Notes under the pieces: generated by a model
Told to the model about the DNA's origin: nothing
Databases searched by the model: none
The model's input: the letters and a program-made list of their open reading frames with translations, nothing else
Assembly: GCA_002269645.1 (NCBI GenBank)
Contig: NIVC01002109.1
Location: forward strand, 1-64,000
Direction: 5' to 3'
Source of the DNA: Macrostomum lignano
Lineage: Eukaryota
DNA length: 64,000 bases
Translations under genes and position numbers: made by a program
Part shown: piece after piece, positions 1 to 14,290 of the stretch
Layout of the letters: each line of letters begins with the position of its first letter
Numbering within the stretch: position 1 is the first letter of the stretch

Positions 1-117
1 CAATGCAGAGAGTTAAGTGTCTTGCTCAAGGACACAACTTGTTCTGAGTGGGTCAAGAATCGAACCCTTGACCTTCAAGTCGTAAGTCCGACGCTCTAAC
101 CACCAGGCTACAACCCC
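1..117 (-). mobile_element. tRNA-derived SINE, family A (5' head; continues off the window edge)
   Basis: Minus strand reads GGGGTTGTAGCCTGGTGGTTAGAGCG..GGTTCGATTCTTG (Pol III A and B boxes), then GTGTCCTTGAGCAAGACACTTAACTC. A second copy lies at 61617-61926. Confidence 0.85.
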
Positions 118-597
118 TACGTTGCTAGGTTGCAACCTAGTGGTAGGGGTTTGCTATTGGACAAGTTATGCTTTACAAGTTGATTCCCCAAAATCTATTT
201 TTGGTAACCAAATCTGTTCACCAATATTCAGTTTAGCCCAATTACAAGCATTTAAATTAAAAGTGCATTTAAATAGCAACTCGTGAAATAATGGAAATTC
301 AATAGCGGGGGATACGATCTATGCTGTGAAGAAAGCATAGATCTGTAAAAATGGACTACGGGCTAACTGGCTAAATGAAAACTGGCTAAATAATTAAAAA
401 ACCATCAAAATAATTTCGCACAAAGCAATGACTGGACCTTTTGTCTTGGATTATTTATGAGAAATAAAATAATCCTGATTAAATTTGCTTGGCCGATTCA
501 GAACTGACTCAACTGGCTTCTAGAACTGGCTAGAACTGGCTTCCTAGGGCTGCAGAGACCAAAGTAGCTCTGGTTTTAATCACTACTGAGCAATAAT

Positions 598-890
598 TTT
601 CTGGGTAGTTATCAGCACAGGTAATTATGATCTGGGGTAGTTATAAGCACACGTAATTATAGTCTGGGGTAGTTATCAGCACAGGTAATTATAGTCTGGG
701 GTAGTTATCAGCACAAGTAATTATGATTTGGGCTAGTTATCGGCACAGGTAATTATCGTCTGGGGTAGTTATCAGCACAGGTAATTATGACCTGGGGTAG
801 TTATCCGCTCATGTAATTATAGTCTGGGGTAGTTATCAGCACAAGTAATTATAGTCTGGGGTAGTTATCGGAGTAATTATGGTCTCATAG
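598..890. repeat. Minisatellite, ~32-bp unit (GTAGTTATCAGCACAGGTAATTATGATCTGGG), just upstream of the first GPCR exon seen
   Basis: About 9 imperfect direct copies. Confidence 0.9.
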
Positions 891-998
891 GTAATTAACT
901 AAAGACTCAGTTATCAACACAGTTAATTATTTGTAGTCTCAAGTAGATGCCAGCATAGGTAATTATAATCTCAGATTAAACCACCAACCACTGTTCAG

Positions 999-3389
999 GT
1001 TCGCAATCTGGCACCCTACCTGGTTTGGGTGCACCTGGTCCGCCTATCAGAGCTGGCCGTGGCAGCCCTGTTTCCAGCCCGCAACATCTGGCTGATGCTG
1101 GCCGTCTGCGATCGCTGCTGCCTGCTTTGGCGCCGATCGTCTGGCGCCCGTCTGTGCTACATCGGCGCCGCGGCTGGCGTCAACCTGGCAGCTTGGCTCG
1201 CGGCCGCGGCGGCTTGGCAACTGGCCATGGTCCGGTTCAGCCTCGTGGCCTGCGAGCAAGGACAACAGCTGGAGCTGCTCAGTCCCGCATATTGGAGCTC
1301 GGATTCTGTTGTGAACTACAGCCGAGTTGCCGTGCCCAGATCTGAGGCATTCACCCAGGTGAGCAGGAGGCTTCGTTTCGTTGCCTGAATATATAAGCGC
1401 TGAGTTGCTCTGAGTGGTTCTGAGTTGTTCTGAGTTGCTCTGAGTTGTTCTGAGTTGTTCTGAGTTGTTCCAAGTCGGTGTTAGTTTTAGATTAGTTAGC
1501 TTGTAAAGGCTGTGTGCAGCCTGGCGCACTTTAAGCGACATTGTCACACAACCGGTGAGAGACATTACTGCCCATTCCGCCGACTCCCCTGAGCAAGGCA
1601 CACAAGCGCGCGGATACGTACGCAGTCACACGCACAGGCACACACTCACACAGGAGTGTACAGCGGCCCTAACTTTATTTATCGTTAGGCATGTACACTT
1701 CACTGTGCCTTGGGGTTGGTTCTCAAGGCCGTTAATTGCACGAGCAGAGCCAAGCCGAGATTCCAATTCAGCCCCAAATTAATGCGACTGCACTTGGAAT
1801 CGAGCCTGGGCCGCAGGCACTGTTGGTGAATTGTTCTGAGTCCGAATCCTGATCTGATCCGTGATCTGTAGGAGTCGAAAAAAAATCGATTCGCTGTTTT
1901 GTTTGCGTTTTTGACTCTCCAACTGCAGGGTTGGTGCTGACAGAAAATCGCTGTTCATCATTCGTTTCTGAATCTTTGCCAATGCCTCTAATTAGTATAG
2001 ATCTTTGAAGCTTGTATGGGTGATAATCGAAGGTTGTTTCTTTTTTACTTAAGCTTGCATTGTACCGACAATAGTCAAATAAATAGGCCTGCTCTCTTCA
2101 TTGCTAGCTCCCATGCCATCGAAGGATTTGGGAAGGGTTTGAGCAGGGTTAGCAGGTTTCTGTTTTCATAAGACAGTCGTGAGCCTAAGCGCCAAAAATG
2201 AATTAAATGGATTTGAAGTGCAGGAGAGATTGACAAAGCGATTCAATTACTTTGGAGAAAATTAATTGTTGGAAATGGGTGCTGCACTATTTAGTGTAAA
2301 AAATAAATGGGTTGAATCTATGTATCGTGTTGCTTCGGTGTTGCTACGGTATTGCTATAGTGTTGCTATGGTGTTGCTATGGTGTTGCTATGGTGTTGCT
2401 ATGGTGTTGCTATGGTGTGTCTTCTATGTTGTTGTGGTGTCGCTATAGTGTTGCTATGGTGTTTCTAAGGTGTTGCAATGGTAATGCTACGGTGTTGCTA
2501 TGGTGTTGTAATGCGATGGGACGATGTCTTTTCTGTTCAAGCTTGTAAAATATTTAATTAAATGCTCAATTGGTGTCCAAGGTCATTCATTCTGTTTAAA
2601 CTCTGCCAAATCGCATTCCAGATCAACCGTCTAATCGAGATCTGCCCACCGTCGGGCGCGTTCATTCGAGCGCTGCACTCGGTGTACTACAAACTTACTG
2701 TCTACCTGCCCATGCTGGTCATTGCCGCTGGCTGCGCGGTCACCTGGCACCGGGTGCGCGGTCATCGGGTCCGCAGTCGACAACGTCGAGTCCGTCGCCA
2801 GCTAGTAGCCATCTCGGCCAGCTTCATCCTGTTGGAGTCGCCGATGCTGCTGGCTCAGTTAATCTACGAGCTGAAATCTAAGGAGCCAGTGGATCTGATT
2901 GGCGAGGACAGCCTGCAGCTGTTCCGCCAGCGGACTCGCTTGACGGAAGCTGTTGAGACCCTCTCGGGCCTGCACTCGCTGGTCATTCTCATGCTCTACC
3001 TGTTCGCCGATTCGAAATTTCGAGCCGGCGTCTGCCGGCTGATTGTTGAATGTCGTCGAGGCTGTCGACGACGACTAGCCCCTGCTACAGCTCGTGCCGT
3101 GGTCGGTCGGAGCAATGAACGCGAACGTCGACGAGAACAACCAATTCCGCTGCTGCCTTGCAGCTCTGCGGGCGGAGCTGCTGCTGCCGCCGCTGCTACG
3201 GAGACAGCCGATGTCACCGGCATCGTCACCGTCAACGTCTCGGCCAATGCTGCCGCCGCCGCTGCCGCAACGACAAGGCTAAAGCCCGACATCAACTCTC
3301 GACAATTTTCAGCGACAGCAGCGCAATGTCGCGTAACGAGACCTGGCACAAGAGCAGCAGCAGCGATGGCAGCGTGGGTTTTAATTTAG
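999..3389 (+). CDS. Rhodopsin-like (class A) GPCR, 3' exons 999-1358 and 2622-3389; 5' part not identified
   Basis: Acceptor ttcag| at 998, donor |gtgagc at 1359, acceptor ttccag| at 2621, all phase 0. TM3 with DRC (DRY-like), hydrophobic TM4-TM7, basic ICL3 (RSRQRRVRRQL), helix-8-like LYLFADSKFR, Ala-rich tail. Confidence 0.75.
1403..1450. repeat. 10-bp tandem repeat (GAGTTGTTCT)n
   Basis: About 5 copies in the GPCR intron. Confidence 0.85.
1508..1820 (-). mobile_element. Dispersed SINE-like repeat, family B, copy 1
   Basis: About 300 bp highly similar to the reverse complement of 32830-33137. B-box-like GGCTCGATTCC near the 5' end on the minus strand. Confidence 0.75.
2335..2510. repeat. 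11-bp tandem repeat (GGTGTTGCTAT)n
   Basis: About 15 imperfect copies in the GPCR intron. Confidence 0.9.
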
Positions 3390-4623
3390 TTTAGGGATCA
3401 ATTAAGAAGATTATGTTTGTTTGACGCGCATGCCTGACGTTGCAGTATCTGAGCGAATGAATTATCTTTGAATGCTGTCCGTCAGCACACGGCAATTGAC
3501 CCCAAAAACGTCTATGTACCGCCGTCACTGCACTCTGTCAATGCTCTGTCCGTTTCCGTTACAGCAATCTCCGTGTTTCTTCTTGTAAATTGTTACAAGA
3601 AGTAATTTGCATCATTAAATATAACTTTACTGGCGTCACCTATCCTACCTGTCGTTTGTCCTATTCCTATTTAAAACAGTTACGAGTACTTTGGTGTAAC
3701 AATTTTTACCAGCATCTGAAAATTGGTCGATCTTTGATTGGCTTGTCATTTTTCTATACTTTATATATTGTTTTAATGAATTAGTTTTATGAATGCCTCG
3801 CATAATTGTTTCTGTATAATATTTTTCCTTAGAAGGAAACAATTATCATTGCTTATATAATTTTATATTGTATGCACTAACAAACAGATCTAGACGTGCG
3901 AAAGCAAGAAGCGACAGAATTTGAATCCGTTCGATGCTAATTTTGTTTTACTTGCCAGTGTATATGCTGTAACTATTGATAATTGTAAAAATATATGACT
4001 TATTATTTCGTCTCTACATGTCAACAATTTCAAAATTAGTTATGGCAACCAATAGATAACTAAAGATAAATAACTAGAAAAAGTAATTAGCTTAACTAAA
4101 ACAAAATGCCTCACTTGTGCTTGTAAACGCGATTTTAAATTATAACTTTACGTTGTATTTCTGTGCAAAAAATGTTTTTTTATTTGCGAATTCTTAGAGG
4201 GTATTTTTATGCCTAGAATTTAAAAATAATCATCGTTCTGTAAGTGTAATTGTTAAAACAATGTTTACTAAAATCGATAGCTAAATAAATTCTTTATACA
4301 AGCATTCTATAGCATTACCAAGTGTTGATAATACATTAATATACAAAATACTATACTTTAAAATATACAAAATTTAAAAACTGCTTTTTTCTTCCCTCAT
4401 CTCATCCTTAATTATGCACGGCCATCGAAATTTCAGAGCCTCGAGCAAAATCACAGTGAAAAAATGCCTTGTAAAATATGGCCCTTCAAAAAAGAATTAG
4501 TCACGCTGACTTTTGAATTGATCGAGAAATGTGGAATTAGAAGTGAGCAAATGCAATCGGAAATAAATAATTTGGGTAATGAAAATTGAGAATTGGAATT
4601 GGAATGATTAAGTAAGCAAACAT

Positions 4624-4785
4624 CAGGGGCGTAGCCAAGGGGGGATCAGCCGGCTGATCCAGGCCAAATGCCTCAGCACCCCCCTCCCCCGTCGCAGAGG
4701 CCTAGCACCCCCTGCCATCGGTTGCCGCTATGAGAGCCTGTGACTGTGACCCCCCCCCCAGAAGGAAATCCTGGCTACGCCACTG
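4624..4785. mobile_element. hAT-type MITE (162 bp)
   Basis: Termini CAGGGGCGTAGCCA / TGGCTACGCCACTG. Flanks GCAAACAT (4616-4623) and GTAAACAT (4786-4793) form an 8-bp TSD with one mismatch. Confidence 0.8.
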
Positions 4786-5619
4786 GTAAACATTAGGGAA
4801 TTTGAGATTGGGACTTTTAGGCGTAAGTTCAATAAGAAATAGGGAATTACTTGTTTAAAGAGTCCTTTGCAGTTAATAATTAAGTTAGCTCGGCCTCGTA
4901 CTTGTAAAAAGGTTGCACAGTTTCTTTTCAATTCATGACCTAAATAAGTAGCTATAGTTTTGTTTAAAGCTTAAAAACAGTCATCGAAAGCAAACACGTG
5001 ATCACAGGAGCTCTAATTATGAAAGAGCTAGGACCTCGAGCAAAACATTGCATGCAGACACTCATGTCAAGCGATTCTAATCTGAAGCCACTAATCGCCA
5101 GTGAGAGAATTAAAGCAAAGACTGTGAGAATTGTCCAGGATCCCTTACCCCATTTACAGCCTGTAGGCTGTAAAACGAGAATTATCTATAATTATAATTA
5201 ACAGATGGGGGGAGGCGTGGCTAGTTGAGTTGTTTGCGTCACAGCTTTAGCTATGCGCTTGAAGCGGTAATTATAGCTCTGTAATTTGTGAGCTTTCAGC
5301 TTTGCGTTGATGAAATATTTCGAAACACAATTATTGATCTTATCAATGCATCTCTAATTGTTTAAGTTTAATTAGCTAATTACATATAACGTATGACATT
5401 TTGTGGGTTCGAGTAATTAATTATAATAATAATTTATCATAAATCTAGTGAACTATTTTGTAGATTTATGATAAATAAATCAAGCAAGAGAAAGCTAACG
5501 CTTTGGGTACATAATTCGCGCCCCTGCTTAAAAAGCTTGAAGCAATTTTGAATTCTCCTTCAGCAAGTTCTTCTCTCGTACATTACCAATTATTATGTAC
5601 CACAGACACACAAACGATG

Positions 5620-6150
5620 AGAGGAGAGAGGAGAGAGGAGAGAGAGAGAGAGAGAGAGGAGAGAGGTGAGAAGAGGAGAGGAGAGATGAGAGAGGAAAGG
5701 AGAGGGGAGAGAAGAAAGAGGAGAGGAGAGAGGAGAGGGGAGAGAGGAGAGGAGAGGAGAGAGGAGAGAGGAGAGGGGTGAGAGGAGAGGAGAGGAGAGG
5801 GGAGAGGAGGGGGAGAAGAGAGAGGAGAGGAGAGGAGAGAGGAGAGGAGAGCTGAGAGAGGAGAGGGGAGAGGAGAGAGGAGAGGGGTGAGAGGAGAAGA
5901 GATCTGAGAGAGGAGAGGAGAGCGGAGAGGGGAGAGGGGAGAGGAAAGAGTAGAGGAGAGAGGAGAGGAGAGAGGAGAGGAGAGAGGAGAGGAGAGCTGA
6001 GAGAAGAGAGGGGAGAGGAGAGAGGAGAGGGGTGAGAGGAGAAGAGATCTGAGAGAGGAGAGGAGAGAGGAGAGAGGAGAGAGGAGAGAGGAGAAAGGAG
6101 AGAATAGAGAGGGGAGAGGAGATGAGAGAAAGAGGAGAGAGGAGAGGAAA
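5620..6150. repeat. Polypurine (GAGAG)n microsatellite
   Basis: Direct reading. Confidence 0.95.
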
Positions 6151-7176
6151 ACTATCTTTGTTGTCTTACTCGTGACCTGGTAAAAATTGCTGTATCATAC
6201 CCTGGTATATATTGGTCTTCTAAACAATTCCCTGTGCTATTTTTTCATCTTTAACAAAGTACAAGCGTATCTATAGGTATTGCATGTGGATTGGAAAGCA
6301 AGATTGAGCAAGATTGAGTGCTGGAAAAGAACTCATGACACAAATTATCCGGCAACTCAAGAATTCTTTCATTCTATAACTACGAAGGATTACAGAGCTG
6401 ATATGAACCGTCATGGATTCGGGCTGCACGTAATGAAGACCTGACAAAATCGATATATCTCAAGACCGGAAGCTGCAAGATCCCCTAGTCCAAAGCCATT
6501 TAATCACGTGCGATTATATATAATCCATATTTCACCAAGCTCCCTTGATCTAAAAAGACAAATTGACGCAATACATGTACATGTATATAAAGTCTTTTGC
6601 GAATGATACAAATGAGGCTAACTGCAGTTAACAAAAATCTTATCTTCATCTAACAAATTAATAGTTCACAGCTCCTTTCGAATTTTCAGTGTTTCGTTGG
6701 TTGCATTCCTACATGTATGTTCCTGACAAACAAATCCAAACTTAATTAAAATATTTGTTGAAAATTTACAATACCACGTTCTCTAAAATTTATATGTAAA
6801 AATGCGCAAGCAAAAAACAAATGTATAACAATCTGGCACTGCATCTGCTTCAAAAAGAGGCAGGATGAAGCAGCAAATAACTAGGAGATAAGAGAGACGG
6901 CTGTAACGAAAATTATAGCTAGCAGACTCAAAAAGGCAATGCAAGCTGCTAGCTAGTGCTGCATTGGGTTGATCAGGCATGGGTGGGGCGTAGCCAGGAC
7001 TTCTTTTAAAGGGGGCGCCCTCTTCTATATGCACACGTTCTAGTACATCAGCACACGCAATTTCACTAGGCCTCGGGTAATGTACCAACCAGCATTTTTT
7101 CGATTGGAGTAAACGGTGATTAGCGTGAAATCTGCACCCATGCAGTCGATTTCGCTCGAGATACCTTATCCAAAAG

Positions 7177-7183
7177 TAGTAGC

Positions 7184-7256
<73 letters not shown>
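7177..7256. repeat. (TAG)n microsatellite
   Basis: Direct reading. Confidence 0.95.
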
Positions 7257-9414
7257 CATGCAATCGTCCTTGGGTTAAGGTCGGTCGGAAAGGATTAGAT
7301 TAACCGAAAGCTGCCTGTACCATGTATACATGTATGTGCATTCACGTACCCAACTGCACACGACGCCAAGCTCTCTAATTGCAAAGCTGCTTGTTGGAAG
7401 CAATTCAGTTAAAGATGCCGCAGACGATGAAAATGGCTTGATTACTTGCAGCTTTCGTGTAGCACGTGTACATACTTGTTAAACTGCGTTGCCAACCAAT
7501 GCTTCGAAGTTTTAAAATCGTTTCACTGTTGGATTTTCTTAGAAATCATCATCACTGGGACCTCACATTATTCTTAGAGGACGAACGATGACAGATACAA
7601 ACAGTCCGTGCTATTGCTAATGATGGATTTCGGATGGTGCATCTGCTCTAAAACACATGCTATCTAGCTCAAACAATAAATCAAGCTCTCTTTATCAAGA
7701 TTAATATGCTGCTTCTTAAATTGTTTCATGTTGTTTTATAATTTTCATATTATTAATACTGAATATGAATAAAACGTATGAGCAATTCTAATGATATATG
7801 TGCTACAATCTATCATCTAGCCAACCATGGCATTTTGATAAAAATGTTTGAAAAATAATGAAAATAGGTGGACAATAATGGTCGTGGAAAGAAGCTTCAA
7901 TCCATCAAATCTTCACCCCCTGCTCATCCCAATCCCTCCTCACCCAGCCCAAATCTGCATTGTATAGTGCAAGTTGTGTCATTCAAAAGTCAATACTGAG
8001 CTAGAATTTATTACACACTTAAAAGTAATGACTTTATTATATTGATTATATTACCTTTATTATATTATGCTTAAGCAAAAAACCAATGGCTATATAACTA
8101 GCTATTTAAATGAAAATTTTGTCTAAATCATAGCCTAAATTCAATAGTAACCTAAATGATGATTATAATTTAGTATTAAAACAAAATAGAAAAATATAAG
8201 ACTTAGATAGTATACAATTCTATAGTCTAGATCATAGTAAATGCATATTAGAATAGGCCTTACTTCAAAACAAAATTAAAATACATGCTATGGCATTTGT
8301 GCAATGGACATATACACTTTTTCTATTTTCTGTGTGCACTCCCTTGTCTGAATCATTGCGTGTCTATCTGGTTCTTCATCTATCTCTCTTTGTTTATTTG
8401 TCTATCTGCATGGGACTCATCCTATTGTTTGTATCTTTCCACTGTTTGTGCATTCTATTGCCTTCTCTCTATAAAGCTTGGGGTGTACCCACCCCAAATA
8501 AATTGTCATAAATGTGCTTCCAACTCTGTTTGGGAAAGGCACCTCTTTTCTGGTATCTCTCTGCAATTCTCAGCTTAGCAAAGCAAACTATTTTGTGCTA
8601 TAAGCTAGCCTTTGCCTTTCAAAGTTATTACACACTAATACCAAACAAATCCATAGCATTTGAGCCAATGAACTGGGAGGTAGAGCCAATATGTATAAGC
8701 CTATACTAGCATGCTATAACATGCATTATGCATACTAATAGCTATACATTTTTTTCATTTATACTTTTCACAATTCTAGCATGCACTATATCTTGCAGAG
8801 TATAAAATAGTATAATATATATGCCTACTTTAAGTTGCATTATTGCTAGCTATACCAATTTTATCACTAAACTAAAAATGGCTTTGTTTAAAAATGCTAT
8901 ATAGAAGGCCAGTTGCAACTTAACCAAAAACAAAGAAAAAAACTTAGCATTTCCAGTTAAAGTATAACTCAGGATTGCTATTAACTTTGATAATATAATC
9001 TTTTAAAAGTTAGCCTATAAGAACTATAACTATTAATATTATTAATTTTAGTACTTAAATAATGAACATTATGTATATAGAATTTTTTAATATAATATTT
9101 AAAGTGAGCTTATTTTAACATAATAAATAGCTAAAACCTATGGTACCATAATTTGACTTAAAAGTTAAACTTGAATATAATGAAAACTAAAAAGATTTTT
9201 AGTTATTGGTATAACAAAGAAAGTGTATAATGTTTATAACACTATTGTATCTATCTATATAATCATATAATTGTACAATTCATGCCTTACTAGAAGATAT
9301 GGTAGAAGTTATTTACTATTAAAGACTTGCATCAATACTCAAAATTAAAGTGAATCATCTGCTTACTATATCCTGCATTGATTTTTTCTACAACTTAAAA
9401 TCCAATAAATCAGT

Positions 9415-12400
9415 ATGAGAAGGAAACAAGTCACCCAGCTGAAGATTCTTGCCCTTGTCATTGGCTGTCTATTTGTCATGCTAGTTGTATTTCATGGCAA
9501 TAGTGTGCCAAGCGATTTGGCTGATCAGGGAAGTGAAGGTGGAAACAACATGGCCACTGGTGTGTCCTTTTCTCCACCATTGGGAGCTGGTGATGCCTCT
9601 GATCGAACTGAAGACCCCAATGAGCTGATTGACTGGCATGACTATAAGGTGAGGTTTTGATTGCTTTGTGTTGCTTCCAGTCTATCGAATCTGTATCTTC
9701 CTGCTTCCAGTTTGTATTAAATCTGTATCTTCCCACTTCCGGTCTGTATTGAATCAGTATCTTCCCACTTCCTGTCTGTATTGAATCTGTATCTTCCCAC
9801 TTCCGGTCTATATTGAATCTGTATCTTCCCACTTCCGGTCTGTATTGAATCTGTATCTTCCCACTTCCGGTCTATATTGAATCTGTATATTCCCACTTCT
9901 GGTCTATATTGAATCTGTATCTTCCCACTTCCGGTCTGTATTGAATCTGTATCTTCCCACTTCCGGTCTATATTGAATCTGTATATTCCCACTTCTGGTC
10001 TATATTGAATCTGTATCTTCCCACTTCCGGTCTGTATTGAATCTGTATCTTCCCACTTCCGGTCTATATTGAATCTGTATATTCCCACTTCTGGTCTATA
10101 TTGAATCTGTATCTTCCCACTTCCGGTCTATATTGAATCTGTATCTTCCCACTTCCGGTCTATATTGAATCTGTATCTTCCCACTTCCGGTCTGTATTGA
10201 ATCTGTATCTTCCCATCGATTGTGCATATGTATTACTCGCCACAATTTGAAGGCCATAGAAGCGGAGCGGGCCAGGCAAGGCCCTGGCGAGCAAGGCAAA
10301 GGTGTACACCTTGACGCCAGCGAGAACAAGGCGGCAGATGATTTGTTCAGAGTGAACGGATTCAACGCTCTCGTTAGCGACAAGATGAGCCTGTTCCGAT
10401 CTCTGGCAGATATTCGACACAGTGCCTGCCAGGGCGAGCGCTACCGGAGAGGCCTGCCAACAGCCTCCATCATCATACCGTTCCACGAGGAGCATTGGTC
10501 TACTCTGTTGCGCACAGTGGTGTCCTGCATACATAGAGCGCCTAGGCATCTGGTTAAAGAGGTCATCTTGGTAGACGATTTTAGTAAAAAATCTTTCTTA
10601 GGAGACCCTCTGGAGAAGTGAGTTAAAATATAATTTTTTGTTTTATGAGCTGTATATGTTCCACTTCTAAAAAGTGCATGATGCACTTTTATTCACTGTA
10701 AAATATTACTGTGCTTAAATGTATCTAGCAATGAAGCTTTTGACACTAACTTTTTAAAACGCTTAGATGACCTATTCGAAAGGATTCGATTGTTTATTCG
10801 AAATGCTTAGATTAACTATTCGAAATGCTTAGATTAACTATTCGAAATGCTTAGATTAACTATTTAAAATGTTTAGATTAACTATTCGAAATGCTTAGAT
10901 TAACTATTCGAAATTTTTAGATTAACTATTCGAAATGCTTAGATTAACTATTCGAAACGTTTAGATTAACTATTCGAAATGCTTAGATTAACTATTCGAA
11001 ACGTTTAGATTAACTATTCGAAATGCTTAGATTAACTATTCGAAATGCTTAGATTAACTGTTCGAAATGCTTAGATTAACTATTCGAAATGCTTAGATTA
11101 ACTATTCGAAATGCTTAGATTAACTATTCGAAATTTTAGATTAACTATTCGAAATGCTTAGATTAACTATTCGAAATGTTTAGATTAACTATTCGAAATG
11201 CATAGATTAACTATTCGAAATGCTTAGATTAACTATTCGAAATGCTTAGATTAACTATTCGAAATGTTTAGATTAACTATTCGAAATGCTTAGATTAACT
11301 ATTCGAAACGTTTAGATTAACTATTCGAAATGCTTAGATTAACTATTCGAAATGCTTAGATTAACTATTCGAAACGTTTAGATTAACTATTCGAAATGCT
11401 TAGATTAACTATTCGAAACGTTTAGATTAACTATTCGAAATGCTTAGATTAACTATTCGAAATGCTTAGATTAACTGTTCGAAATGCTTAGATTAACTAT
11501 TCGAAATGCTTAGATTAACTATTCGAAATGCTTAGATTAACTATTCGAAATTTTAGATTAACTATTCGAAATGCTTAGATTAACTATTCGAAATGTTTAG
11601 ATTAACTATTCGAAATGCATAGATTAACTATTCGAAACGTTTAGATTAACTATTCGAAATGCTTAGATTAACTATTCGAAATGCTTAGATTAACTATTCG
11701 AAATGCTTAGATTAACTATTCGAAATGCTTAGATTAACTATTCGAAATGCTTAGATTAACTATTCGAAATGCTTAGATTAACTATTCAAAATGCTTAGAT
11801 TACCTATTCGAAATTTTTAGATTAACTATTCGAAATGCTTAGATTAACTATTCGAAATGTTTAGATTAACTATTCGAAATGCTTAGATTAACTATTCGAA
11901 ATGTTTAGATTAACTATTCGAAATGTTTAGATTAACTATTCGAAATGCTTGGATTACTTTTGTCGATGCCCCCCCCCCCAGATACGTCTCCGCTCATTTC
12001 ACAAACGTTCGCGTATTGCGCAACGCGAAACGCGAGGGCCTAATTCGGACTCGAATATTTGGCGCCCGAAACGCCACTGGCGATGTGCTCATATTCCTGG
12101 ATTCGCACTGCGAGTGCAACATCAACTGGCTGCCACCCCTGCTGCATCCGATCGCTAATAATTATAAAACTGTCGTCTGCCCTTTCATTGACGTCATCGA
12201 TTTTAACACGTTTGCCTATCGAGCTCAAGACGAAGGCGCCAGGGGTGCATTCGACTGGGAGTTCTATTATAAGCGGCTGCCGTTGCTGCCCGAGGATTTG
12301 AAGCATCCGTCGAAGCCGTTCGACAGTCCCGTGATGGCTGGCGGCCTGTTTGCCATCAGCACCAAGTGGTTCTGGGAGCTGGGCGGCTACGATCCCGGTC

Positions 12401-13849
12401 TGGATATCTGGGGTGGCGAGCAGTACGAGCTCAGCTTTAAGGTGAGTTACTAATGTCCTTAATTATCAACAGAATTTTGCTGAATGTCAAAATGAATCTG
12501 TAATAATGTGTAATGTAAAATTATATCTGTAAAGAGCGGCTGAGAATATTTGTAAACAGCGGATGAGAATATCTGTAAACAGTAGCTGAGAATATCTGTA
12601 AACAGTAGCTGAGAATATCTGTAAACAGCAGCTGAGAATATCTGTAAACAGTAGCTGAGAATATCTGTAAACAGTAGCTGAGAATATCTGTAAACAGTAG
12701 CTGAGAATATCTGTAAACAGTAGCTGACAATATCTGTAAACAGTAGCTGAGAATATCTGTAAACAGCAGCTGAGAATATCTGTAAACAGTAGCTGAGAAT
12801 ATCTGTAAACAGTAGCTGACAATATCTGTAAACAGTAGCTGAGAATATCTGTAAACAGTAGCTGAGAATATCTGTAAACAGTAGCTGAGAATATCTGTAA
12901 ACAGCAGCTGACAATATCTGTAAACAGTAGCTGAGAATATCTGTAAACAGTAGCTGACAATATCTGTAAACAGTAGCTGAGAATATCTGTAAACAGTAGC
13001 TGAGAATATCTGTAAACAGTAGCTGACAATATCTGTAAACAGTAGCTGAGAATATCTGTAAACAGTAGCTGAGAATATCTGTAAACAGCAGCTGACAATA
13101 TCTGTAAACAGTAGCTGAGAATATCTGTAAACACTAGCTGAGAATATCTGTAAACAGCAGCTGACAATATCTGTAAACAGTAGCTGACAATATCTGTAAA
13201 CAGCTGACAATATCTGTAAACAGCTGACAATATCTGTAAACAGCAGCTGACAATATCTGTAAACAATAGCTCAGAGAGTAAACCATATTATGCTAATCAT
13301 AAATTGTGCTTTAAATTCATACACGCGCGTGACCTAGCAGACTTTGTGTGTAGTTTTTTCTAAAAATATGCCCTTTTTTTCTACCGGGCTCCATAGCGGC
13401 TTGTGTAGAGAGTTCTAACTAGGAAATCTTTCTCAAAGAAAGTAGAGAGAAAATCAATAACCGAACTCCCGACTTTCTTGCCTCAATTCTCCTCAATTCT
13501 TTTTGACTTGACTTATTTTTTCACTGTGGGATTTGGAGCGTTTTTTAATGCTAGGTTTATTGGTCCGTTTCTGTTCTCGATAATCCTTGTTGTTGAGTTT
13601 TATGCAGTATGCGGTATTACCACTGCTAAAATGTTCCTTCACGCCTATTTTTGTGTGCTCTGCGATAGAATATTTACTTTTCTACTAATCTAAGCCTTCT
13701 AAAACATGCATAAAAATTATTTAATGACTATAGGTTACTATAGTACGCAATTAATGCCTGGGCCTTCATGCATAAATTACCTGGCATTAATGCAGCTCAG
13801 ACATGTGCTTGTATATAAAGCGTATAATATTCGGCTGAGATTTTAGTAT

Positions 13850-13929
<80 letters not shown>

Positions 13930-13956
13930 ATAGATCGATAGATAGATAGATGATAT

Positions 13957-14032
<76 letters not shown>

Positions 14033-14059
14033 ATAGATCGATAGATAGATAGATGATAT

Positions 14060-14111
<52 letters not shown>

Positions 14112-14118
14112 ATAGATC

Positions 14119-14169
<51 letters not shown>

Positions 14170-14185
14170 CGATAGATAGATAGAT

Positions 14186-14226
<41 letters not shown>

Positions 14227-14253
14227 ATAGATCGATAGATAGATAGATGATAT

Positions 14254-14290
<37 letters not shown>

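Noticed and set aside
6985-7020. hAT MITE end (GGGGCGTAGCCAGGA..)
   Set aside because: Only one terminus was found, with no partner TIR or TSD.
6783-7298. Poly-Tyr and poly-Val ORFs
   Set aside because: Artefacts of the (TAG)n microsatellite.
8285-8709. Hydrophobic short ORFs upstream of GALNT
   Set aside because: T-rich low-complexity sequence in three overlapping frames, with no splice or motif support.
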